From an uncultured Chloroflexia bacterium (GTDB lineage Bacteria > Chloroflexota > Limnocylindria > QHBO01), in assembly GCA_963814375.1 (NCBI GenBank), contig CAWFCQ010000008.1:448001-512000 (forward strand): a stretch of 64,000 nucleotides of DNA. The letters are read 5' to 3'. Under the pieces are notes generated by a model. The model was given only the letters and a program-made list of their open reading frames with translations. It had not been told where the DNA came from and ran no database searches. Below, in pieces: positions 48,298 to 62,196 of this stretch (within the stretch, counting starts at the first letter, position 1; each line of letters starts with the position of its first letter). The translations under genes were made by a program, and so were the position numbers.

Positions 48298-50016
48298 GTG
48301 GCCGGCCTCGTTCCGGATCTCGTCGAGACGCTCACGCTGCTGCTGATCGTCGGGGTCCTCGCCGTGCCGCTCGGCGGGTACATCGCGCGCGTGCTCTCCG
48401 GGGAGCGCACCGTTCCTCTCACCGGTGCTCGCTCCGGTCGAGCGGGGGATCTACCGCGTGCTCGGGGTCGATCCCGAGCGCGAGCAGCGATGGACCGCGT
48501 ACGCGGTCTCCGTCCTCCTGTTCGCCGTCGCGTCGATCGTCGGGCTCTACCTCATGCAGCGGCTCCAGGGCCTGCTGCCGTTCAACCCGGCGGGGTTCGA
48601 GGGAGTGGCGCCCGACCTCGCCTTCAACACCGCCATCAGCTTCGTGACGAACACGAACTGGCAGGCGTATTCGGGCGAGTCGACGATGTCGCACGCCACC
48701 CAGGTCGCCGGCCTCGCGGTCCAGAACTTCGTCTCGGCCGCGACCGGGATCGCCGTCGCGATCGCCCTGACCCGCGGCCTCGCACGGCGAAGCCAGGAGA
48801 CCATCGGCAACTTCTGGGTCGACCTGACCCGCTCGACCCTCTACATCCTCCTGCCGATCGCCTTCGTCGCCGCGATCGTTCTGGTCAGCCAGGGCGTGAT
48901 CCAGACCTGGTCCGGGCCGGTCGACGGTCACCACGCTGCAGGGCTCCGAGCAGACGCTGGCCGTCGGGCCGCTCGCCGGCCACGAGGCGATCAAGGATCT
49001 CGGCACGAACGGCGGCGGGCCGTTCAATGCCAACTCCGCCCATCCCTTCGAGAGCCCGAACGGATTCACGAACTGGTTCGAGATCGTCCTCCTGCTCGTC
49101 ATCCCGTTTGCCCTGACGAACACCTATGGGCGCCTCGTCGGGGATCGCGCGCCAGGGATGGGTCCTCTTCGCGGCGATGATGTCGGTCCTCGTCGTCGCC
49201 ATCGGCGTCGCCGCGTTCGTCGAGCTCGGAGGGAACACGCTCTTCCCGACGCGATGTCATGCAGGCCGCCGGCAACATGGAGGGCAAGGAGGCCCGCTTC
49301 GGCTCGTTCGTGAGCGGCACGTTCGCCGCCTCCACGACGGGGACGAGCACGGGATCGGTCAACTCGATGCACGCCAGCTTCGTCCCGATCGCGGGGATGG
49401 TCCCGATGGCGCTCATGCTCCTCGGCGAGGTCACGCCCGGCGGCGTCGGCGCGGGCCTCTACGGGATCCTCATCTTCGTCATCCTCGCCGTCTTCATCGC
49501 CGGCCTCATGGTCGGGCGCACGCCTGAGTACCTGGGCAAGAAGATCGAGGCGTTCGAGATGAAGATGGTGCTCCTCGCCGTCCTCGCGACTGCGACAAGC
49601 ATCCTCTTCTTCAGCGCGCTCGCATCGGTCACGACCGATGGCCTCGCCGGCCCGGCGAACGTCCGGGCCGCACGGCTTCAGCGAGATTCTCTACGCGTTC
49701 ACCAGCCAATCGGCCAACAACGGATCGTGCTTCTGCAGCCTGAGCGCGAACAGCGGGTACTACAACATCACGGGCGGCCTCGCCCTCTTCATCGGCCGGT
49801 TCGCGACGATCGTGCCGATTCTGGCGATCGCCGGGTCGATGGTCGGGAAGCGCAGCGTCGCGCCGTCGCTGGGCACCTTCCCGACGACCGGGCCGCTCTT
49901 CGTCGGGCTCCTCGTCGCGACGATCGTGATCGTCGGCGCGCTCACGTTCTTCCCGGCCCTCGCGCTCGGCCCGATCGTCGAGCAGCTGCATCCTCGAGAG
50001 CGGGAGGCTCCTCTAG
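48298..50016 (+). CDS. kdpA: K+-transporting ATPase A subunit (multiple frameshifts)
   Basis: [53 protein letters not shown]. Confidence 0.92.
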
Positions 50017-50021
50017 GTCCG

Positions 50022-52197
<2,176 letters not shown>

Positions 52198-52206
52198 GGA
52201 GACCGA

Positions 52207-52781
52207 GTGATCACCATCCTTCGCACCCAGCTCTGGCCGGCGATCGGCGCGCTGCTGCTGCTGACGCTGCTGACCGGCGTGCTGTACCCCGCGGCGGTCA
52301 CGCTCGTCGGCCAGGTCGCCTTCAACGACCAGGCCAATGGCTCGCTGATCGAGGTCAACGGCGCCGCGGTCGGCTCGGCCCTCATCGGTCAGTCCTTCGA
52401 CGACCCGACGTACTTCTGGTCGCGGCCATCCGCGGCCGGCGACGGCTACGACGGCCTCGCCTCGTCCGGTTCGAACCTGGCGCCGACGAGCGCGGACGCT
52501 GCTCGCGCGGATCACTGCCGAGGTCGAGCGGCTTCAGGACCGCTCACGGCGACGCGCCGATCCCGGTCGACCTGGTGACCACGTCCGCCTCGGGCCTCGA
52601 CCCGCACATCAGCGTCGACGCGGCCGAGTACCAGGCGGCGCGGGTCGCCGAGACGCGAGGGCTCGAGCCTCGACGACGTGACGGCGGCCATCGATCGGCA
52701 CACCGACCAGCCGTTGCTCGGCTTCCTCGGCGAGCCGGTCGTGAACGTGCTCGGATCTCAACCTCGACCTCGACGGGCTGA
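52207..52781 (+). CDS. kdpC: K+-transporting ATPase C subunit (frameshifts)
   Basis: [45 protein letters not shown]. Confidence 0.9.
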
Positions 52782-52784
52782 CCG

Positions 52785-53969
52785 ATGACTGACGACGTGC
52801 GGGAGGGCCGCCCAACCGGCGACGAGATGCTTCGGCGCCTCGAGACCGGAGGGCGAGGTCGCGCACCAGGGGCAGGCTCCGCGTCTACCTCGGCATGGCG
52901 CCCGGCGTCGGGAAGACCTTCGAGATGCTCCAGGAGGCGCATCGGCGTGTGCCCGCGGCACCGACCTCGTCGTCGGCTTCGTCGAAGCGCACGGCAGGCC
53001 GCGGACCGAGGAGCTGCTCGACGGTCTCGAGATCCTCCCGCGCGCGCGCATCGAGTACCGAGGCGTGACGCTGGAGGAGATGGACACCGATGCGGTGATC
53101 GCGCGAAAGCCGGCGGTCGCGCTCGTGGACGAGCTGGCCCACACGAACGCGCCGGGCTCACCGCGAGCGAAGCGCTGGGAGGACGTCGAGCTGATCCGGG
53201 ATGCCGGGATCGACGTCGTCAGCACCTGCAACGTCCAGCACCTGGAGTCTGTCGCCGATGCGGTCGCGACGATCATTGGCGCGCCCGTGCACGAGCGACT
53301 CCCCGACGAGGTCCTGCTTGCCGCGGACGAGATCGAGCTAGTCGACATGAGCCCGCGCGCCCTCCGTCAGCGGCTGCGTCACGGCAACGTGTACGGCGCG
53401 GACCGCGCACAGACTGCGCTCGATCGCTTCTTCACCGAGGCCAATCTCACGGCGCTGCGCGAGCTCGCGCTGCGGTACACGGCCGAGCGCGTCGACGCGC
53501 AGCTCGAGGGGATCATGGCGCAGCGCGTCGATACCGCCTCGTGGCCGGTCCGCGAGCGGCTGCTCCTGGTGGTGGACCACCGGAAGTCGTCGCTGGTCGC
53601 GGCCCGTCGTGCCGCGAGCCTCGCCGCTGCCCTGCGCGCGCCGCTGATCGTCGTCGCCGCCGAGCCCGAGACCGCCGAGCGACTCCCGCGCGACAAGGCG
53701 CAGGACATCCGTGAGCATCTCGAGTTCGCCGAGGAGCTCGGCGCAACGGTCGTGCATCCCGAGGCGCAGCGCACCGATCGACCGCATCGCCGAGGTGGCC
53801 CGAGACCGCCATTCGACCCAGCTCATCCTCGGCCCGCGATCTCGCGGCGGACCGCCCCGGCCTGATGCGGCGAAGCTTCGCGGACGAGCTCGAGCGCCGA
53901 CTGCCGGACCTGGAGCTGCATCTCATCCGCGCGCCCGATCGGCAATCCGAAGCTGGCTCGCCAGAGTGA
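52785..53969 (+). CDS. kdpD: stand-alone KdpD N-terminal sensor + Usp domain (frameshifts)
   Basis: YLGMAPGVGKT, VGFVEAHGR, LVDELAHTN, KRWEDV, NVQHLES, NLTALRELAL, then a Usp-like domain; no TM helix or kinase. Confidence 0.85.
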
Positions 53970-53979
53970 GTGGCCCGGC

Positions 53980-56030
53980 GTGACTGAGCGCGGCAAGATC
54001 GCCCCAGCGGAAGATCGACGCGCGCCTCGAGGTGCGGGAGGAGCGACGAGGGCGCAGGCCGGGCGATGCGTACGTCAGGATCGTGCGTCCGTACGACGAG
54101 ATCTTCGAGCGCGGCGACGAGGGCGGGCTCGTCGCGACGGAGCGGACCGTCCTGGATCGGCCCGGCTGGACCCGAGTCCTGCGCCGCGTCCGGACGGTCC
54201 TCATCGGCCGGCCGATCAGCAGCGAGCGCGAGGAGCACGAGCGCCTCACCAAGCTGAAGGCGCTGGCCATCTTCAGCAGCGACAACATCAGCTCGTCGGC
54301 CTACGCGACCGAGGAGATGATGCGGATCCTCGTCATCGCCGGCATCGGCGCGATCAGCCTGACCATGCCGCTCACGATCGCGATCTGCACCGTCCTCGCG
54401 ATCGTCGCGACCAGCTACTGGCAGACGATCCGCGCGTATCCGAAGGGCGCGAGCAGCTACCTCGTGGCGAGCGACAACCTCGGGTCGACCGCCGGCCTGG
54501 TGGCGGGCGCGTCGCTGCTGATCGACTACACCCTGACCGTGGCGGTCTCGGTCTCCGCGGCGGTCGCGGCGATCACCTCGGTCGTCCCGGAGCTGTTCCC
54601 CGAACGGGTGCTGATCGCGGTGCTCATCGTGCTCGTCCTGATGCTCGGGAACCTGCGCGGCATCCGGGAGTCGGGCACGATCTTCATGGCGCCGACCTAC
54701 CTGTACATCGGCGCCATCCTCGCGATGGTCGGCATCGGCGTGGCGCGATGGGCGACCGGCAGCCTCCCGGACTACACGCCGCCCACCGAGTGGCTGACCG
54801 CCGAATCCGGTGGCGAGGCGCTCGGCATCTTCCTCATCCTGCGCGCATTCAGCTCGGGCGCTGCGGCGCTGACCGGCGTCGAGGCGATCTCGGACGGCGT
54901 CCCGGCCTTCAAGCCGCCGGAGTGGAGGAACGCCCGGATCACGCTCGTCTGGGCCGCTGCGATCTTCGCCGCGCTCTTCCTGGGCATCAGCTTCATGGCT
55001 TCAGACGCTCGGGATCGTGCCCGACCCGACCGAGGAGCAGACGGTCCTGTCGCAGATCGCGCGGCTGCTGTTCGGCGACGGGTTCTTCTTCATCGTCATC
55101 CAGGTCGCGACCGTTCTCGTCCTGGCGTTGGCCGCGAACACCGCGTTCGCCGACTTCCCGCGCCTCTCATCGTTCATGGCGCGCGACAGCTTCATGCCAC
55201 GCCAGTTCGCGTTCCGCGGCGAGCGCCTGGCATTCACCACCGGCATCGTCGCGCTGTCCGGACTGGCCGCGCTGCTGCTCGTCGTCTTCGGCGCGAGCGT
55301 CACGGCGCTGATCCCGCTCTACACGCTCGGTGTCTTCCTGGCCTTCACGCTGTCGCAGTCGAGCATGGTCGTGCGCTGGTGGCAGCGCCGCGAGGCCGGC
55401 TGGCGGCGGGGGCTCGTCATCAACGGGCTTGGCGCGCTCACGACCGGGGTCATCGCGCTCATCGTCGTCGAGAGCAAGTTCCTGGCAGGCGCGTGGATGG
55501 TCGTGCTCGCCATCCCGCTGCTGGTGCTCCTGATGCTCGCCATCCGCGGGCACTACCGCGCCGTGGACGCGGGACTCAAGCTGGCGCGCATCCCGGCGGG
55601 CGGACGCGCCGCCGAGAAGCCGATGGTGATCGTGCCGATCGCCCGCCTCGACGAGCCGGCGCGCCAGGCGATCGCCTTCGCCAACTCGATCTCGACCGAT
55701 GCCACCGCGGTCCACGTCACGAACGATGCCGACGGCGCCGACGAGTTCCGGCGGCAGTGGCCGGAGTGGTCGGGCGGCGCCGAGCTCGTCGTCATCGAGT
55801 CACCGTATCGCGCGCTCATCGGCCCGCTGCTGGCGTACCTCGACGTCCTCCAGCGACACGACCCGGATCGGCCCGTGCTCGTCGTGCTCTCCGAGTTCGT
55901 GCCGCGCCACTGGTGGGAGAACCTCTTGCACAACCAGACCGCTCTGCGTCTGAAGCTGCGGCTCTTCACGCGGCCGAACACCATCGTCGCCGACGTTCCG
56001 TATCATCTGAGCAGGCCAAGATCGGACTGA
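53980..56030 (+). CDS. kimA: KimA/YdaO-like APC potassium transporter (frameshifts near 54003 and 55010)
   Basis: ALAIFSSD..SSSAY, IDYTLTVAVS, TGVEAISDGVPAFKPP, LIPLY..GVF, SPYR, LHNQTA. Confidence 0.82.
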
Positions 56031-56064
56031 CTTTGCCGATACGGTCGCGGTCGCGGTCCTATAC

Positions 56065-56268
56065 ATGGCCGATGCCGCCAAGCCCGACGGCTGGGAGCTT
56101 ATGGGGCTTCGCCGCACATCAGCAGGTCTTGCGACGGCAGCTCGGTCCGACAGATGGCTTGCCGAGGCGTGCGGCCCCGCTGATGGGTGCGTCCGCATCG
56201 AGTCGCATTCCGCGGAGGACGCCCTCCAACAGCTCACGACGCGACTCCGCGAGCTCCCGAACGGCTGA
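56065..56268 (+). CDS. small hypothetical protein (67 aa)
   Basis: ORF directly after kimA; no motif recognised. Confidence 0.35.
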   Translation: MADAAKPDGWELMGLRRTSAGLATAARSDRWLAEACGPADGCVRIESHSAEDALQQLTTRLRELPNG

Positions 56269-56333
56269 CTCACCGCCCCCGAGTCTCCGACCGTTCAGCG
56301 TCTAGCAACTTACAAGGGCCGCTTACCGGCGGC

Positions 56334-56867
56334 TTATCGGCCCTCGAACGCCGCCGTACACGCACGGATGTAGTCGGCGTCCGTCCGATAATCTTCCCGG
56401 AGATCCCAGATCGGGAGGTTCCCGTCGGGACCTAGCAGGAACTCGGTCCCAAGTTCGACGGCCTTGGCTTCGATGACCGTAACCCCGGTCTCGTGCCAAC
56501 ACCAATCGGCCTCGTCCCGGGTGAGCGGCCCTGAGTCGCTGAGATCGCCAATGGCTACGGTCTCCTCTAATACCGCCCGGCATGCCCGCTGGTAGTCCGG
56601 ATGCGCCTGCTGCTCCTCGCGCGGAGGGTTCCCAACCAACCACGGTGCTGTGGACATCAGCTCCAGCGTCACCGCCGACCTAGTTACGGCCTCAGCGTTG
56701 GCCTGACACCACACCCAGGCCGCATCGGACAGAGACGTGCACGCGGACAGGAAGACTACGAACGCGGCGGATTGCCACCAGCGACGTGAACCATGTTGCC
56801 GGCGCATGATCTTCCGGTGCGACATGCCTTGAAGACCGGTCCTCGCCGTCGCCGTCCTCTCGGCCAT
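56334..56867 (-). CDS. hypothetical lipoprotein with duplicated Cys motif
   Basis: lipobox LSAC; two WC...DY.RAC units; start uncertain; atypical codon usage. Confidence 0.5.
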   Translation of the reverse strand: MAERTATARTGLQGMSHRKIMRRQHGSRRWWQSAAFVVFLSACTSLSDAAWVWCQANAEAVTRSAVTLELMSTAPWLVGNPPREEQQAHPDYQRACRAVLEETVAIGDLSDSGPLTRDEADWCWHETGVTVIEAKAVELGTEFLLGPDGNLPIWDLREDYRTDADYIRACTAAFEGR

Positions 56868-56983
56868 GCGGGCAGACTAGCGGCTGGATTGCTACACGGC
56901 CGTGAGCACGATGCGCCGGAGAACTTCTGCCCAACCTGCGGCGTGGCTCACATCGACACGCAACGCTCATAGAAAGGCAGTCG

Positions 56984-57166
56984 ATGGGCAAGGTCGTCCG
57001 CCGACTCGGGATAACCTTCGGCTCGTTCGTGATCGCGTGGCTCGCGGTCTACCTCGTGGCCGAATGGCTCTTCGGCTCGGGCAACATTCTCGTCTGGGCG
57101 TTAGCCGCTATCGTCGCTGCCGGCATCTACCTCGAGCTCCTGCGGCGAGACCGGCGCGCGGGCTAG
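56984..57166 (+). CDS. small two-TM membrane protein
   Basis: 60 aa with two hydrophobic helices; AAAGG RBS. Confidence 0.55.
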   Translation: MGKVVRRLGITFGSFVIAWLAVYLVAEWLFGSGNILVWALAAIVAAGIYLELLRRDRRAG

Positions 57167-57307
57167 CGCCCTTTGGATCGGTCGCTCTGCTAATCGTATT
57201 CGGCCATGTTGATCCTCTTCGCGGGCCGCGTAGAGAACACCGGATCAGCGGTCCGGTGCGCCATCCGTGCGCGGTGCGGGCCGGTCGGAAGTGGGCCACC
57301 CGCTGCG

Positions 57308-57394
57308 TGGTGCCGGGGGTGGGACTTGAACCCACACGGGATTTCTCCCATCGGTGTTTGAGACCGACGCGTCTGCCGATTCCGCCACCCCGGC
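57308..57394 (-). tRNA. tRNA-Leu (anticodon CAA)
   Basis: GCCGGGGTGGCGGAATCGGCAGACGCG-TCGGT CTCAAAC ACCGA-long variable arm-GGTTCAAGTCC...CCCCGGCACCA; TATAAT upstream (57413-57408). Confidence 0.97.
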
Positions 57395-57421
57395 GAGGGG
57401 AGCCGTCATTATAGAAATCGG

Positions 57422-58033
57422 ATGACGGACGCTCCGCGGCCCGCCCCGACCAACCGCACGCCGCCGCTTCACGACGAGGCGGCGGTCATCGCTCGTGCCG
57501 CGGACGGCGACCGCACGGCCTTCGCGCAGCTCATGGAGCACTACCAGAGCGCCTGCTACGGCCTCGCCTGGCGGCTTCTGAGCGACCCCGATCAGGCGGC
57601 CGATGCGACCCAGGACGCGTTCATCCACGCCTATCGGGCGATCGGAACGTACCGGGGCGGCGTCTTTCGTTCCTGGCTTCTCCGCATCACCGCAAACGCC
57701 AGCTACGACATCCTGCGGCGCCAGCAGCGTCGGCCGGCGTCACCGCTGCCGGATCCGGAGGAGGGGGCACCAGAGCTACCGGACGTCGCGGCCGTGAACC
57801 CGGACGTCGAGGCGACCCGCGGCGAGATGTATCGGCAGCTCGAGATCGCGCTGCGACGCCTGCCGGAGGACCAGCGGACCGCGATCGTGCTGTGCGACGT
57901 CTATGGCATGGACTACAACGAGGTCGCGGCCATGACACAGTCGGCGCTCGGCACGGTGAAGTCGCGCATCCATCGGGGTCGCCTTCGCCTGCGCGAGCTG
58001 CTCGCCGAGCACCGGGAACTGTTCACCCGATGA
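57422..58033 (+). CDS. ECF sigma-70 factor (SigW/RpoE-like)
   Basis: DATQDAF, FRSWLLRI, LPEDQR, GTVKSRIHRGR. Confidence 0.92.
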   Translation: MTDAPRPAPTNRTPPLHDEAAVIARAADGDRTAFAQLMEHYQSACYGLAWRLLSDPDQAADATQDAFIHAYRAIGTYRGGVFRSWLLRITANASYDILRRQQRRPASPLPDPEEGAPELPDVAAVNPDVEATRGEMYRQLEIALRRLPEDQRTAIVLCDVYGMDYNEVAAMTQSALGTVKSRIHRGRLRLRELLAEHRELFTR

Positions 58034-58052
58034 CCGCGTCTGGAGCGTTGGC

Positions 58053-58679
58053 ATGCTGATTCCGAACCACCCGGCCGATGAGCGCCTGTCCGCGCTGGCA
58101 TCCAACGACCCCGATGCCATCGCCGACCGCTCGCTCGCCGACCACGTCACCTCATGCGTCCGCTGCACCGACTCCGTCGAGGAGCTCGGTGCGCTCCGCG
58201 CGTCCCTGGCCGAACTGCCCGACCTGCATCCGAATCGGCCCCTCCGCCTCCTCCCCGACGCGGCCCCGAAGTCCGATGGGTTCGGCTCATGGGTGCGCCG
58301 GCTCTTCGCCCCTGCCCTCACCGCGGGGGCGGCGCTTGCCGTCGTGGGCCTGGTCGGCACGAGCGGCGTGACGAACCAGCTCTACCAGAACGCCGGCACC
58401 GACCTGGACGGGGCGGATGCGGAAGTCGGCGCCGAGGCGCCGGGTGAGGCAGCGGGTGCGGGCGCGAGCCCGGTGGCGACCTACGACTCGCTCAGCGGTG
58501 CTCAACGGTCCAGCGGGGAGGCGCCAGCCGTAGCGGGCGAAGACGACAGCGAGAGCTTCGAACCCGTGACGCCCGCGCCAACCGAGACCTCCATCTTCCC
58601 GATCCTGCTCGTCAGTGGCCTGGCGGTGATCGCCGTCGCCCTCCTTCTGCGCTACGTGATCGTTCCGCGCGCCGGCTAG
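58053..58679 (+). CDS. zinc-binding anti-sigma factor with two TM segments
   Basis: HVTSCVRC (HxxxCxxC); directly follows the ECF gene. Confidence 0.8.
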   Translation: MLIPNHPADERLSALASNDPDAIADRSLADHVTSCVRCTDSVEELGALRASLAELPDLHPNRPLRLLPDAAPKSDGFGSWVRRLFAPALTAGAALAVVGLVGTSGVTNQLYQNAGTDLDGADAEVGAEAPGEAAGAGASPVATYDSLSGAQRSSGEAPAVAGEDDSESFEPVTPAPTETSIFPILLVSGLAVIAVALLLRYVIVPRAG

Positions 58680-58690
58680 ACCGGGCAACG

Positions 58691-59209
58691 TCAGAGCGCG
58701 AGGCGACCCACCACCACGGCGCCAAGCAGCAAGGCCACCATCACGGCGCCGACGATGATCGCTGCCCATCCCGAGTCGCGGAATGTGGTCGGCATCGGCT
58801 CCGGCCGGGGAGGACGACGGGTGCGGGGAATCGGGATCTCGCCCGGCTGACGAACGGTCCGGGGCGCTGCGCGGGTGTCGGCGGCAGTCGCGCGCCATGA
58901 GGCCCAGGTGCGCGTCGAGGACGGTGAGACCGGCCGGATCGGCGAGCGTGAGGCGGCCCAGTGGCCGGACGCGGGTGTTCCGGCCTCGGGGTAGGCGCGG
59001 TCGTACTCGCCGCGGCGGATGGGGTTCGAGAGGATGGCCCACGCCTCGTTGATGCGGCGCATGCGCTCGTCGGCTGCGTCGGCGCCCTCGTGGAGGTCGG
59101 GGTGATGGCGCTTCGCCAGGCGCCGATGGGCACGTGCGACCTGGAGCGGCGTCGCGTCACGGGCGAGGCCGAGGGTCGCGTACGGATCCAGGGTACGGCG
59201 CGCCTCCAT
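58691..59209 (-). CDS. C-terminally anchored J-domain protein
   Basis: DPYATLG, AKRHHPD, INEAW.ILSNP; DSGW followed by terminal TM helix. Confidence 0.88.
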   Translation of the reverse strand: MEARRTLDPYATLGLARDATPLQVARAHRRLAKRHHPDLHEGADAADERMRRINEAWAILSNPIRRGEYDRAYPEAGTPASGHWAASRSPIRPVSPSSTRTWASWRATAADTRAAPRTVRQPGEIPIPRTRRPPRPEPMPTTFRDSGWAAIIVGAVMVALLLGAVVVGRLAL

Positions 59210-59297
59210 CGTCAGATTCTACGGGCCCGGAGGTCATTGCCCGCGCTCTCGCTCGCAGCCGCCGCGTGGGCGCCATCGGTCTAGACTGACCGCTCCG

Positions 59298-62189
59298 ATG
59301 CCCGACCGCCGCCCCCTCCTCATGCTCATCGACGGGCCGAGCCTGGTCTATCGCGGCTACTTCGCGCTGCCGCCCCTGACGCTCTCGGACGGGATGCTGG
59401 TCAACGCCGTATTCGGCTTTCTCCAGATCGTCCTGCGCGGGATGCAGGACGTGAAGCCGGACTACGCGATGGTCAGCTTCGACATCGGCAAGCCGCAGTT
59501 CCGGTTCGACGCCTACCCCGACTATAAGAAGGGTCGTCCGAGCATGCCGGACGACCTGCGCGCCCAGTTCCCGATCGTGCGCGAGATCGCCGGGATGATG
59601 AACATCCCCATCCGAGAGCTCAGCGGCTACGAGGCCGATGATGTCATTGGCACCCTCACGAAGCGCGCCACCGCGGAGGGCGTCGACACCATGATCGTGT
59701 CGGGTGACCTCGACGGTCTCCAGCTGGTCGACGATCACGTGCGGCTGCTCACCACCCGAATGGGCGTCGCCGCGACCGTCATCTACGACGAGGCCAGGGT
59801 GATGGAGCGCTACGGCCTGCGTCCCGACCAGATGCTCGACTACAAGGCGCTCAAGGGCGACACCTCCGACAACATCCCCGGCGTCCCGGGAGTGGGGGAG
59901 AAGACCGCCAGCAGCCTTCTTCAGCAGTTCGGCACGCTCGACGGCATCTACGAGCATCTCGACGAGGTGAAGGGCAAGCTGCGCGATCGGCTCGCCGAGC
60001 ACCGTGAGTCCGCCTTCATGTCGCGCGAGGTCGGCCGGATCGTCATCGACCTACCGGTCGAGCTGGACCTGGAGGAGGGGCGAACCGGCCGATACGATCG
60101 CCGCGCAGTCGCGCAGCGCTTCCGCGAGCTCGAGTTCCGCTCGCTCATCGACCGTCTCCCGGCTTCGAGCATCGCCCCGACCGGATACGACAGCCCCGAG
60201 GCCGAAACCAAGGGCGGGCTCCAGCTCAGCCTCGACTTGCTGGGTGGCAAGCCCGTGCCGGCCGACGGCGCCGCCGCCCCTCCACTCGTCCGGCCTGACC
60301 CGCTCGCCGATCCGGGAGGCGCCATCGAGCATGTCGATCCGCGGATCGTGCGGACGCCCGCCGACATGGCGGAGCTCGACGCGTGGCTCGAGGCGCACGG
60401 CGACGAGATCGGCCTCGGCTGGGCCGTTGGCAGCGGCCGGCCGCTGGAGCGGCACCTGCTCGGCCTCGCCCTGGCCGGCGGCGACGGGAGCAGCTGGTAC
60501 CTGCCCTGCGACCGAGCGAGCGTCGCCGCCGAGCGGCTGCCCGCCTGGTTCGGGCGCGAGGATCGCCGTCGCATCGGCCACGACCTCAAGCAGCTGGCGA
60601 CGACGCTCGCCGCCGATCGCGGCGTCGAGATGCGCGGAACCTTCTTCGACACGCTCGTCGCGGGCTACATGTGCAATCCCGCGCTACGCTCGCAGACGCT
60701 CGAGGACGTTGCGGCGACGCGCTTCGGCACGGATCTGCCCGCGCGCGCCGTCAGCGCCGACACCGGCGCCGAGGAGGGAGCGGTGGCGCGGCGAGCGGCC
60801 GGCGAGGCATTGACCACGCTGCTCATGGCACCGGCCCTCGAGCGGGAGCTGGCGGAGGGCGGACTGACCAATCTCTTCGACGAGGTCGAGATGCCGCTCG
60901 TCCCGGTCCTCGCCCGCATGGAGCTCGCGGGTGTGCAGCTCGACCTGGAGGCGCTGGCGGCGATGCGCGAGGAGTTCGGCGCGACCCTGGCCGGGCTCGA
61001 GTCCCGCATCTTCGAGCTCGTCGGGCACGAGTTCAACATCGGCTCACCCAAGCAGCTCGAGCAGATCCTCTTCCACGAGCTCGAGCTGCCTGCCACGAAG
61101 CGGACGCGCACCGGGTTCTCGACGGATGCATCGGTCCTGGAGGAGCTTCGGGACAAGCACGAGGTGATCGGCCTGATCCTGGAGCACCGCCAGGTTGCCA
61201 AGCTCAAGTCGACCTACGTCGACGCGCTCCCGACGCTGGTCGACCCCGAGGGCCGCCTGCACACGACCTACCAGCAGGCGGTGGCCGCGACCGGGCGTCT
61301 GTCGAGCACCGATCCGAACCTCCAGAACATCCCGATCCGGACGGCGCTCGGGCCGCCGCATTCGGCGCGCCTTCGTCGCCGCCGCCGGGACGGCTCCTGC
61401 TCGGCGCGGACTACTCGCAGCAGGAGCTGCGCATCCTCGCCCACGTGTCAGCCGATCCGGGACTGCGCGCCGACTTCGAGGCGCACTCGGACATCCATCT
61501 CGCCGCGGCCGCCCGGGTGCTGGGCCTCTCCGCCGACCAGGTCGGGCCGAAGGAGCGCAGCGTTGCGAAGATGATCAACTACGGCATCGCCTACGGGCTC
61601 TCCGACTATGGCCTTGCCGAGCGGCTGAAGATCCCGCGCGAGGAGGCGCAGAGATTCATCGCGGACTACTTCGCCGCCTACGAGGGGATTCGCCGCTACA
61701 CCGTCGAGATGAAGATCCTCGCTCGCGACCAGGGCTTCGTCACCACGCTGCTCGGCCGGCGCCGATACCTGCCGGAGCTGACCGCCCGCAACGGGGCGCT
61801 GCGATCGGCCGGTGAGCGGATGGCCATCAACATGCCGATCCAGGGCACTGCCGCAGACGGGATGAAGATCGCGATGGTTCGGGTCGATGCGGCGCTGCAC
61901 GACGCGCGGCCTCGCGTCTCGGATGCTGCTCCAGGTCCACGACGAGCTCGTGTTCGAGACCGACGAGTCGGAGCTGCCGGAGCTCGCCGCGCTCGTGACG
62001 GAGATCATGGAGGGCGCGCTGCCGCTCGACGTGCCGCTCGAGGTCGACCTCAAGGTGGGCTCAAACTGGGAGCAGATGGACCGATACCTCGCTTCCGACG
62101 ACGGCACCTGGAGGCGCATGCCGAAGACGGCCGACGCGGTCGCCCGGGAAGAGGCCGAGGAGGAGCTCGCCGCCGAGCTGGTGTCGTAG
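59298..62189 (+). CDS. polA: DNA polymerase I (frameshifts near 61350-61390 and 61910)
   Basis: YEADD, GDTSDNIPGV, TGRLSS..PNLQNIP, ADYSQ.ELR, AKMINYG..YG, QVHDEL. Confidence 0.95.
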
Positions 62190-62196
62190 CGACACC

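Noticed and set aside
61340-61920. Programmed frameshifting or pseudogenisation of polA (also the Rieske, drrA-like and methyltransferase genes)
   Set aside because: Single-base indels sit in short G/C runs with no slippery heptamers and all motifs are intact, consistent with sequencing error.
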